NCBI RefSeq assembly: GCF_039541115.1
Contig: NZ_BAABFP010000007.1
Location: 248,001-312,000, forward strand
Origin: Angustibacter luteus
Lineage (GTDB): Bacteria; Actinomycetota; Actinomycetes; Actinomycetales; Angustibacteraceae
DNA length: 64,000 nt
Direction of reading: 5' to 3'
Shown one piece after another: positions 1-9,700 of the stretch. The position numbers were made by a program, and so were the translations under genes. The notes below the pieces were generated by a model. The model was not told where the DNA came from, did no database searches, and saw nothing but the letters and a program-made list of their open reading frames with translations. Each line of letters begins with the position of its first letter. Position 1 is the first letter of the stretch.

Positions 1-1146
1 GGCCGAGAGGTTCGGCTTGATCGCGCCGTCCGCCAGGTCACCGGCGAACGAGCCACCGGCGATCGTCCGCAGTGCCGAGCGGTCGGTCGCGGCCAGGATC
101 GCCTGCCGCTGCTTGACGTTCGGCACCTTCTTCGTGTTGATCGCGATGTAGCGGGTGTACGGGTCGTAGTCGTTGACGCGGCGGTCCGCGAAGCGCGGGT
201 CGTTGAACACCGTCGTCAGCGACGAGGTGTCCAGCGCGTCGCGGGAGATCGCCATCGCGTCCTCACCGGCGTCCGCCTCGAGACGCTGGTCGATCGTGGT
301 GGGCTGGATCGCGAACTTGACCACGATCTTGTCCGGGTACGCACCCCGGTAGCCGTCGTCCTGACCCGTCCAGTTGGTGTTGCGCTCCATCACCAGCTGC
401 TGGCCCTTGGTGTACTCGGTGATCTTGTAGGGACCGTTGGACTGCACGTTGTCGTCGTACTTCTCACCCGTGTCCTTGGCCTTCGGCACCGGGGCGAACG
501 CCGTCAGCGTGACGGTGTAGTTGAAGTCACCGGCCGGCTTGGCCAGGTTGAACGTGATGGTCTTACCGTCGCTCGAGCAGGAGACGGCCTTGTCGAACGC
601 AGCCGTGTTGTTGTTCGAGGTGACGTACGGGCCCTTGTACGTGGAGTTGCCGTCCTTGTCCTTCGGGATGTCCAGGAGGCTGATCGCGTAGGTCGGACCG
701 TCGGTGATGACGGTCTGCGCGAAGGTGCGCGAGACGCCGTACTTGATGTCCGCGCAGGTCGAGTCCGATCCGTCCTGCCACTTCGCACCGTCGCGCAGCG
801 TGAACGCCCACGTCTTGCCGCCGTTGCTGGCCTTGCCGGTGTCGCTGGCGAGGTCGCCGACCAGCTTGCCGGCCTCGTTCCCGTCCCGGCTGATCTTGTA
901 CGTCGTCAGCGTCCGGTTCAGGTACGCGCTGGCGAACGCGAGGTCCTCACCGGTGTAGTTGCGCTGCGGGTCGAGGTGGTTGAACTGCTCCAGGGTCGTC
1001 AGGAACGTCAGGGTGCCGCCCTTCGCTGCGGTGTCCCCGCCCCCCGACGTTCCGCCGCTGTCGTCGTTGCCGCCGCACGCGGCCAGCGCGAGTGCGCCGA
1101 CGGCCGCGACTGCGACGAAGCGCAGACCGGTCTTGGCCTTGCCCAT
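1..1146 (-). CDS. ABC transporter substrate-binding lipoprotein, family 5 (peptide/oligopeptide-like); 3' end runs off the window
   Basis: Manual translation MGKAKTGLRFVAVAAVGALALAACGG (lipobox LAAC), LDPQRNY, WAFTLRDGAKWQDG, SNGPYKI; AGGAGG SD upstream. Confidence 0.9.
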   Translation of the reverse strand, partial: MGKAKTGLRFVAVAAVGALALAACGGNDDSGGTSGGGDTAAKGGTLTFLTTLEQFNHLDPQRNYTGEDLAFASAYLNRTLTTYKISRDGNEAGKLVGDLASDTGKASNGGKTWAFTLRDGAKWQDGSDSTCADIKYGVSRTFAQTVITDGPTYAISLLDIPKDKDGNSTYKGPYVTSNNNTAAFDKAVSCSSDGKTITFNLAKPAGDFNYTVTLTAFAPVPKAKDTGEKYDDNVQSNGPYKITEYTKGQQLVMERNTNWTGQDDGYRGAYPDKIVVKFAIQPTTIDQRLEADAGEDAMAISRDALDTSSLTTVFNDPRFADRRVNDYDPYTRYIAINTKKVPNVKQRQAILAATDRSALRTIAGGSFAGDLADGAIKPNLSA

Positions 1147-1515
1147 GTCGTCTCCTCCTGGTTGGTGTGCCAGAGCAGACGTCCCGGTCCGGGACCGGCG
1201 AGTTGCATGGTGGGACCTGTGAACGTCCCTTCCACCCTTCATCTCCAGGGGTGCCGACCGATAGGGCCCGTTGTCGAACCGTGACACCACTGCGACCCGC
1301 GGGTGCTCACGCGGTCTCGATCGTCACCGCGCCGACATCGTCCTGTGACTCATCGACACCGTCCTGTGACCTCGAACGGAGTAGTTGCGGGAAGAATTAC
1401 GTGCGCCAGTGCAGGTTCTCAACAAGTCGAAGAAAGTTTATGGCAGAACCTGGGAATTTCCCTACGGTGGTTCTAAGGTCACCTCTAGTGCCCCGTCGAG
1501 AGAGGCGAGTCCCCG

Positions 1516-3543
1516 ATGAAGCGGACCACCAGCGCCATCGCTGCGATCACTGCCACCGCCACCGCGACTGCCGCTGTGGTGGTGGGTCTGGGACTGGGCT
1601 TCGCCACCCCGGCCGCGGCCGCGGCCTCGCCGCCCTTGGTGACCCGCGCCGCGCTGGACGCGGCGCTGGTGGCCGGACGCGGCGCCGACGTCCCCTTCCT
1701 GGAGCAGGAGGCCGAGTCTGCGCGGACCACCGGCTCCGTCATCGGCCCGGACCGCACGGCCTACACGCTGGCGGCCGAGGCGTCCGGCCGGACGGCCGTG
1801 CGGCTGCTGCCCGGCCAGTACGTCGAGTTCACCCTGCCGAAGCCGGCCAACGCCCTCACGGTGCGCTACAGCATCCCGGACGCGCCGGACGGCGGCGGCA
1901 TCACGGCGCCGCTGGACGTCACGCTGGACGGCCGCAGCCACCGGAGCATGACCCTGACGTCGCAGTACTCCTGGCTGTACAACCAGTACCCGTTCAGCAA
2001 CGACCCGGGCGCCGACCTGCTGCACCCCGACTGGTGGATCACCGAGTGCCAGTGCGTGCCCAGTGCGACGACGCCGTCGCCGGCCATCACCAAGCCCTTC
2101 CGGCCCAGCCACTTCTACGACGAGCAGCGGCTGCTGCTCGGGCGCACGCTGCGGGCCGGCGACACCGTGCGGCTGACCGCGCCGAAGGGCACCCGGGCCG
2201 CCTGGACCGTCATCGACCTGCTCGACTCCGAGCTCGTCGGCCGCCCGCACGTGAACCTGCGCGCCGCGAACGTGCTGCTGTTCGGGGCCGACCCCACCGG
2301 ACGGCGGGACGCGGCTCCCGCGTTCGACCGGGCGATCGCGTTCGCCCGGGCGCACCACCTGCCCGTGTACGTGCCTCCCGGGGTGTTCCAGGTGAACCGT
2401 CACGTGGTCGTCGACGACGTGAGCATCGAGGGCGCCGGCAGCTGGTACACGGTCGTGCGCGGCCACCAGGTCACCCTCGCCGCGCCCGCGCCGGACGGCT
2501 CGGTGCACACCGGGGTCGGCTTCTACGGCAAGGACGCCTCGGTCGGCGGCAGCACCAACGTGCACCTGTCCGGCTTCGCGATCGAGGGCGACGTGCGCGA
2601 ACGCATCGACACCGACCAGGTGAACGGCGTCGGCGGCGCGATGAGCGCGTCCACCATCGACGGCCTGTACGTCCACCACACCAAGGTCGGGCTGTGGTTC
2701 GACGGGCCGATGCACGGCCTGACGGTGCGCGACTCGGTCATCGCCGACCAGGTCGCGGACGGGGTCAACTTCCACACGGGCGTCACGGACTCCGCGGTGC
2801 GCAACACCTTCGTGCGCAACACGGGCGACGACGGTCTGGCGATGTGGGCCGAGACGACGCAGAACGCGCGCAACACCTTCGACCACAACACCGTCCAGTC
2901 GCCGGTGCTGGCCAACGGCATCGCGATCTACGGCGGCACCGACACCACGGTGTCGAACAACCTGGTCGCCGACCCGGTCCGCGAGGGCAGCGCCCTGCAG
3001 GTCGGCTCGCGGTTCGGCGCCCAGCCGTTCACCGGCCACCTGTGGATCACGGACAACACCACCGTGCGGGCCGGCACCTACGAGCTCAACTGGAACATCG
3101 GCCTGGGCGCCCTGTGGTTCTACGCCCTCGAACGGGACATCGACGCCGACGTCCAGGTGGTCGGGGACGCCTTCCTGGACAACACGTACAACGCCGTCAT
3201 GCTGGTCAGCGACTGGCCGGTGAAGGACCTGTACTCGATCACGAACGTCCACCTCAAGGACGTCAGGGTCGACGGCACCGGCACCTCCGTGGTGAGCGCG
3301 CGGGCCATGGGCTCGGCCACGTTCGAGAACGTGGACGCGCGGAACGTCGGCGCCGTCGGCGTGAACAACTGCGGCTCCTTCCACTTCACCGCCGCCGGAT
3401 CGGAGTTCGCGCTGACCGACCTCGGCGGCAACGACGGCGGCGGGACCACCGGGCCGTGGCTGGCGCCGTGGGAGCTGCCGAACACCATCACCTGTGCCGA
3501 CCGCCCGGGCGTCGTCCCGCCGCCCGCGCCGTCCCGCTGGTGA
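1516..3543 (+). CDS. Secreted right-handed beta-helix glycoside hydrolase, GH87 mycodextranase/alpha-1,3-glucanase-like
   Basis: Signal peptide; EQEAE...AAEASGRTAVRL, SHFYDEQR, FGADPTG, ADGVNFH, RNTGDDGLAMW motifs. Confidence 0.85.
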   Translation: MKRTTSAIAAITATATATAAVVVGLGLGFATPAAAAASPPLVTRAALDAALVAGRGADVPFLEQEAESARTTGSVIGPDRTAYTLAAEASGRTAVRLLPGQYVEFTLPKPANALTVRYSIPDAPDGGGITAPLDVTLDGRSHRSMTLTSQYSWLYNQYPFSNDPGADLLHPDWWITECQCVPSATTPSPAITKPFRPSHFYDEQRLLLGRTLRAGDTVRLTAPKGTRAAWTVIDLLDSELVGRPHVNLRAANVLLFGADPTGRRDAAPAFDRAIAFARAHHLPVYVPPGVFQVNRHVVVDDVSIEGAGSWYTVVRGHQVTLAAPAPDGSVHTGVGFYGKDASVGGSTNVHLSGFAIEGDVRERIDTDQVNGVGGAMSASTIDGLYVHHTKVGLWFDGPMHGLTVRDSVIADQVADGVNFHTGVTDSAVRNTFVRNTGDDGLAMWAETTQNARNTFDHNTVQSPVLANGIAIYGGTDTTVSNNLVADPVREGSALQVGSRFGAQPFTGHLWITDNTTVRAGTYELNWNIGLGALWFYALERDIDADVQVVGDAFLDNTYNAVMLVSDWPVKDLYSITNVHLKDVRVDGTGTSVVSARAMGSATFENVDARNVGAVGVNNCGSFHFTAAGSEFALTDLGGNDGGGTTGPWLAPWELPNTITCADRPGVVPPPAPSRW

Positions 3544-3701
3544 CCCGCGGCGATCGCGCCAGATCAGGTACCAAAGTGACGGGTGCGATTCCCTGGTTCG
3601 GTCTGCCATCTGCCGTTACGGTGTGACCGGACCAGGAGGTGTCGTTGAACACGACCGCAGCAGGGGTGCGCTGGATCACCGCCACGGGGATGTGAGCCGT
3701 C

Positions 3702-6700
3702 GTGCGTGGCCGGGGGGTGCGAGCGATCTGGGTCCGCTGTGTCGCCGTCGCCTCGCTGGTGGCCGCCGTCACCTTCGTCGCACCGCCGATCGCGGCCGTC
3801 GCGGCCCCCGGGGTCTCGCTCGGCAAGACCGCTAGCGGGCAGGTGCGCGCCGGCGAGCCGATCACCTACACGCTGACCGCGACCAACCCGACGAGCAACC
3901 CCGACGCCACAGTCGAGTACAACCTCAGCTACACCGACGTCCTGCCGGCCGGCGTGACCTACGTGCCCGGTTCGACGAGCGTGAACCGGATCGGCGAACC
4001 GCAGGTGATCAGCGGACCCGGCGCCGGCCAGACCACCCTGGTCTGGGCGAACGTCGCCGACATCGTCGCCGGTGGCTCCTTCACCCTCACCTTCCAGGCG
4101 ACCCCCGACCCCACCCTCTACCCCGTCGGGGCGACCGTGCCGAACCCCGGCGCCAAGCTCTACGCGAACACCGACCCTCAAGAGGCGCCGCGCTTCGACG
4201 CGAGCGGCACCGTCGTCGGCGGCACCTTCACCGAGTCGGCGTCCTCGAACTCGACGGTCACCACCATCTCCGCGCTCGACCTGAGCAAGAGCGAGCCGAG
4301 CCCCGAGGGCGAGCTGCTGCGCGGCGTGCACGACCACCCAACGGTCTACACGCTCACCGCGACCCAGGCCCAGGGTGGCGCCACCAACGGTGCGGTACTG
4401 GTCGACTACCTCCCGGCCAGCCTGGAGTTCCTCGGCTGCGGCGGGGTCGACAACTCCAGCGCCCCGGAGTACGCCGGCGCCCCTTCGTTGACCACGACCC
4501 CGACGCCGGCCGGTTGCGTGAACCCGAGCTCGGTGACCACGGTCCAGAACCCGGCTGGACACCCGGCGGGCATCTACACGCGCGTGCAGTGGAACATCGG
4601 CACCATCGCGGCCGGGGCGACCGTCACCCGCACGTACGCGGCCGGCGTCCCGTTGCACGCCAACGTGATGTGGCCGGCCACCCCACCCACCGGTCTCGGC
4701 CAGGTCGCCAACCTGGACAACAACACCGGCCCGTCCAGCCGGGAGACCACGTCGGAGGCCTCGGCGACGAACACCGCCACCATCACCGGCACGTACGACG
4801 GCCCGGTGGTGGACGGCGGCACGAACGTGGTGGACGTCGACGCCGACGAGAGCGTCAGCATCGAGGACCTGCGGATGCACAAGTCCGTGAGTCCCGGGAC
4901 GTTCAGCGCCGGCAGCATCGCGACGTACACGCTCGTGGTGGACGCCTCGGAGTACGTGAGCGCGGGCTTCCAGATCACCGACACCATCCCGTCCGGGGTC
5001 TGCCCGCTCGGCGGGCCGGGCACCAACTACGGCGGGATCCCGGACTGCGCCGGCAGTGTGGCGACCGCGCCCTCGATCCCGTACGAGAGCGTCACGCCCA
5101 ACCCGGACGGCACCTTCACGGTCGTCTTCGACCCGCAGTCCTTCCCGTCCAAGAACGGCACGCTGACCATCACCTACCAGGGCTTCATGCTCGAGACCTA
5201 CCTGGACGGGCCGCGCGAGGGCGAGCCGACGACCACCGGTGACGAGTTCACCAACACCGCCACGGTCGCCGGGACCACCACCCCGATCGCGAGCACCGGC
5301 GAGACCGGGACCCAGGCCGTCACCGACGAGTCGTCCGCGACCCAGGAGACGAGCGGGCCCTCGATCGACAAGACGATGCTGGCTCGCGCCGACACCACCG
5401 GTGCCTGCCCGACGGACGTGGGTGACTACGGGCACCCGGCCGACCTGCCGCCCGGCTCCACCGACTTCCGGCTCGGCGACCTGGTCTGCTTCGCGCTCGA
5501 GGTGGCTTTCCCCGGCACCTCGGAGACCCGGAACCCCACGGTCGCCGACTTCCTGCCGCCGGGCTTCGAGCTGGTCAACGGCTCGGTGCGGGTGGGCGAC
5601 GGCTCGACCGCTCCGAGCACGTTCAGCACGACGCCGAACTCGGTGATCTGGGAGCTGGGCGCGCCGCCCGGCAACGACCGCTTCGTCGACCAGGGCGCGA
5701 TCTTCCGGGCGGTCCTGCAGGCCCGGGTGACCGACGCCACGGCGCTGCCGGCCGGCGAGGTCCGGCAGAACCAGATGAAGCTCAGCATCGAGGATGCGAA
5801 CGGTGCCAGCGCCACCTTCCGTCGCTCGATCGACGTGACCATCGCCGCGCCGCCGGCCATCGGGCTGGTCAAGGGCGTCGAGTCCGTCGACGTCCCGGCC
5901 AGCGGCCCGAACGCGGCCGGGAGCAACGTGGACGGCTCGCTCGTCGGCGGTGGCTCGGTGGCGACCTTCCGGATCGACCTGACGAACAACGGCGCCGGCG
6001 CGACCGCGGCACCCGCGGGGGCGTTCGACGTCTGGGACGTCCTGCCGGCCGGGATCACCTGCGCCGACGTCGACAACGTGCGCGGCTCACCGGCACCGGC
6101 CGACCCGCTGGTGGTGGCGTGCACCGACCCGGGCGACGGCGCCCACCCCGTGTTCGCCGGGTCCGACGCACTGAGCCTGCTGCGCGTCACCACGGTCCTG
6201 GACCCGGACGGCGCGACCGTGGACGAGCAGGTGCTCGACCCGGGCGAGCGGCTGAGCCTGCTGTACGACGTCACCATTCCGACCCCGGCCGGCGTCTCGC
6301 ACACCTACACGAACACGGCGTACCTGCACAGCTTCCAGGTCCCCACGGACGTCGGCACGGCCGCCACCTACTACCCGCAGGACAACATCGACCCGAGCAT
6401 CCCGGACGCGGACCAGCTCGCCCAGCCGGCCTCGGACCCGTCCAACGTCCGGACGCCGGGGGTCACGGTCGCCAAGACCGGCACGACCTCCATCACCGAG
6501 ACCAACAACAACGCCGCGAACCAGGCCACCGTCGGCGAGACCGTCAGCTACACCTACGCCGCCACGGTTCCGGCGCACACCTCCATCTTCTCGGGCGTGC
6601 TGTCAGACCCCCTGCCTGCCGCGATCGTGATCGTGCCGCCGGCCACGCTGACGTACTTCCCCGACGCCACGTCGCCGACCACCGCCCCGGTCCCGGCCGG

Positions 6701-9700
6701 GGTGACCATCAACCCGGCGACCGGCGAGGTCACCTTCCCGGCGACGTACGAGAACACCACCGGCACGAACCAGCGCTTCGCGGTCACGCTGACCGTGCGG
6801 GTGGACAGCGCCGCCCTCCCGGCGGCGCAGAACAACATCGTCCGCACCAACACCGCCCGGTTCGAGAGCCTGAGCGAGCCCGGCGGGTCCGCGCTGCCGC
6901 CGATCACGGCCAGCTACCCCGTCACGCTGCGCCAGCCCGCCCCGGCCATCACCAAGACCAACAACCTGCCGCTGGCCAACGGCGGCGACACGGTGACCTT
7001 CACCATCACCGCCTCCAACGGGTCGACCAACCGCACGCCCCTGCACGACGCCTTCATCACCGACTGCATCCCGAGCGGTCTGACCTTCCAGGCGTACGGC
7101 CCGTCGCCCGGGCGGACGCCGGTCGGCGGTAGCGGCGCCAACGGCTGTGCCGTAGGCACGACGCTGCTGGTCTGGCAGCTCGACGACCTGGCGCCCGGCG
7201 CGAGTGTCACCCGCACCTACACGGCGAGCGTGCCGCCGAACGCGGTCGGTGGCGTGAAGTACACGAACACCGCGGTGCTCACCGGTAGCAGCCTGGATGA
7301 CAACAAGACCGATCCGCTGGCCGCGGACAACCCGCTCGAGCGCAGCTACGCCGTGAGCGCCAGCTCGAGCGTGACCATCGCCGGCGCCGACCTGGTCAAG
7401 ACGGTCACCCCGGAGCGCGCCCCGGTCGGTGCCACGGTCACCTACACGGTCACGGTGGACCTGCCGCCGAACACGCTGTTCTTCGACGGTGCCCTCGTCG
7501 ACCAGCGGCCGGCGGGTATCGGCAACATCCAGCTGCAGTCGTTCTCCTGCGTGATCCTCTCGACCCCGCAGCAGGCGTGCCCGCAGGTCTTCACGCCCAA
7601 CCCGCTGACGCCGGTGCCGCAACCGGACGGGTCCGTCCTCACCGCGAACCTGATCGGCGACGTCCCCGCCGTGCCCAACGTGCGGCGGTTCACCATCACG
7701 TACACCGGGTTGGTCACGGACGTCCCGGCGAACGTGGCCGGGCGGGTGGCGACCAACACGGCCCACGCGGCCTGGAACACGGTGAACGGGTCCACCCCGA
7801 CCCGGGCGGACAACGCGTGGACCCAGTCCGGGGGGCCGGGGTCGGCGTCCGTGACGGTGCTCGAGCCGAACGTCACGACGACCAAGTCGGTCAGCGACAC
7901 CACGCCGGAGCCGACGGACGTGTTCACCTACACCGTCACCCTGACCAACGCGAACACCGCCACCAGCAGCGCCGCCTACCGCGGCTACATCCGTGACGTC
8001 GTCCCGGTCGGCGTCGTCGTCGACCCGGCCACGATCTCCAACGGTGGCACCATCGCTGGAGCCGATCCGGTCAACGGTGGCGGCACGATCTCCTGGAACG
8101 ACCTCGGCGCCGGACAGCCCCTGGCGCCCGGCGCGTTCCTCGGCCTGACGTACGACGCGAAGCTGGCGCCGTCGACCATCCTGACCGGGGCCGGCCTGAC
8201 GAACACCGCGACGAACCTCGCCTACGACAGCGTGCCGACCGACCCGCACCGCACCTACGCCGGCGGCAGCGCCACCGCCACGGTCACCCCGGACTTCCCG
8301 CGGCTGACCACGACCAAGGCCGCGGTCGACCCGGCGCCGGCGTACCTGGGTGACCCGTTCACCTGGCGCGTCACCGTCACCAACACCGGCGGGGCCACCG
8401 CCTTCGGCGTCGACGTCACGGACCTGCTGCCGGTGGGCTGGACGTACGAGGACGGCACGGCCCGCGTCTCGGTCGCCGGCGGTCCCGCGGTGGCGGAGGA
8501 GCCGGTCACGCTCGGCCGGGTGCTGACCTGGCAGAACGAGGGCACCCTGCAGCCCGGCCAGGCAGTGGTCGTCACCTTCCAGGCGACCCCGGGCTCGTCC
8601 GTGGTCAGCACCCCCGGGGTCGGGTCGACCGTGCCTCAGGTGAACACCGCCAGCGGCGCCGGTGAGGACGCCACCGGGGCGACCGGGAACGCGTCCGGTC
8701 CGTACAGCGCCGGCAGCACGACGGCCCAGACCCGGATCGACTCGGCCGACCTCACGCTCACCAAGACGCATGTCGACCCGGTCGTCGCCGGTGGGCGGGC
8801 CACCTGGCAGGTGACGGTCACCAACGCCGGAGCCGACACGGCGGTCGGGCCGTTCTCGGTGACCGACACCCTGCCGTCCGGCGTGACGTTCTCGTCCGCG
8901 ACCGGCACCGGGTGGTCCTGCAGCCGGTCCGGCGTGACCGTGACCTGCACGCGCACGAACGCGAACGAGACCCTGGCGCCCGGGGCCAGCCTGCCCGTGA
9001 TCACGGTCGTCACCGACGTGGCCGCCGACACCGCGAGCGGCACCACGTTCACGAACGCGGCCACCGCGACCGACCGCACCTACGACCCCGACCTGTCCAA
9101 CAACACCGACACCGACACCGCGACCGTGACCACGCAGGCCGACCTCGCCGTCGCCAAGGCGCACGCCGCCCCGCTGCTCGCCGGCGCGCGGGCGACGTGG
9201 ACCCTGGACGTGACCAACCTGGGCCCGTCGGTCGCGCTGGCACCCGTCACCGTGACCGACACGCTCCCGGCCGGGACGACGTTCGTGTCGGCGGCCGGTA
9301 GCGGCTGGGCGTGCACCGGAGCAGGGACGGCGCTGACCTGCACGCGAGCCGCCGACCTGCCGGTGGGCCCGGCGCCCCAGATCACCGTGCGCGCCGACGT
9401 CGACCCCGACGTGACCGGCACGCTGGAGAACACCGCCCACGTCGAGAGCCCGACCACGGACCCGGTGCCGGGCAACAACACGGACGTCGACCCCGGCGCG
9501 GTCGTCACCCTCGCCAACCTGGCCATCGACAAGTCGCACAACGGGCCGTTCACCGCTGGCAGCAGCAACACCTACCTGTTCACCGTGCACAACGCCGGCC
9601 CGTCCGACGCCGCCGGGCCGGTCACCATCACCGACACCCTGCCCGACGTGCTGACCTACACCGGGTTCACCAGCGTCACCGGCACCTGGGCCTGCTCGGC

